IMG/VR virus record: IMGVR_UViG_3300029450_000024
Direction: 5' to 3' (one strand)
DNA from: a virus
Lineage: Duplodnaviria > Heunggongvirae > Uroviricota > Caudoviricetes
DNA: 4,733 bases
Shown: positions 4,615 through 4,733 of the stretch, in pieces
Layout: each line of letters starts with the position of its first letter
How positions within the stretch are numbered: position 1 is the first letter of the stretch
Program-made: the position numbers and the translations under genes
Notes under the pieces: generated by a model
What the model was told of the DNA's origin: nothing
Database searches by the model: none
Seen by the model: only the letters and a program-made list of their open reading frames with translations

Positions 4615-4733
4615 TGGAGCCATACAGCCTGAACCGCCCCGGGTTTCCTGGAGAGTGTTTTATCTGTGAACTCAGGCTGCCAGATCATCGTTTCCGATGG
4701 AAGCATAATAAGCTTTTTCTGCTTCTGCCGGAG
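4614..4733 (+). CDS. Partial CDS (N-terminal 40 codons, continues beyond the window), hypothetical protein with a CxxC motif
   Basis: ATG at 4614 overlaps the yfdT stop (TAATG); GAGGTG Shine-Dalgarno at 4603..4608. Open to the window end: MEPYSLNRPGFPGECFICELRLPDHRFRWKHNKLFLLLPE... Confidence 0.5.
   Translation, partial: MEPYSLNRPGFPGECFICELRLPDHRFRWKHNKLFLLLPE

Noticed and set aside
1937-4706. Minus-strand track ORFs 1937..2305, 2935..3180, 3686..3871, 3922..4194 and 4449..4706
   Set aside because: Each lies antisense within a well-supported plus-strand gene (yfdP, yfdQ, yfdR, yfdS, yfdT homologs); Ser/Arg/Pro-rich products and no RBS. Treated as shadow ORFs.
1-4733. tRNA, rRNA, CRISPR repeats, IS or transposase ends
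   Set aside because: No cloverleaf-compatible sequence with a T-loop motif, no regularly spaced direct repeats, and no terminal inverted repeats flanking a transposase-like ORF were seen on either strand.

Overview
This window reads as the immunity region and early-left operon of a lambdoid (lambda/P22-like) prophage from an enterobacterial host. From left to right: a short Cro-like HTH gene on the minus strand (70..225); a divergent control region (228..309) with back-to-back promoters and two ATGTAC-N7-GTACAT-type palindromic operators; a CI/LexA-like S24-peptidase repressor gene (316..990) that appears leaderless; a strong intrinsic terminator (1005..1025) followed directly by a near-consensus sigma70 promoter (1030..1057) overlapped by operator-like sites (PL/OL-like); two small convergent, 3'-overlapping ORFs (1265..1441 plus, 1403..1594 minus); a GC-rich, ORF-poor island of about 300 bp (about 1700..2000) with a heptamer tandem repeat and a terminator-like hairpin; then a co-directional cluster that I recognise from memory as homologous to the E. 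coli K-12 CPS-53/KpLE1 genes yfdP, yfdQ, yfdR (HD-domain phosphohydrolase), yfdS and yfdT, with yfdR/yfdS/yfdT and a partial downstream ORF linked by overlapping stop/start codons. I found no tRNA, rRNA, CRISPR array or IS element. All calls rest on reading the sequence and on recalled protein families; no database search was run, and the yfd gene symbols in particular need BLAST confirmation.
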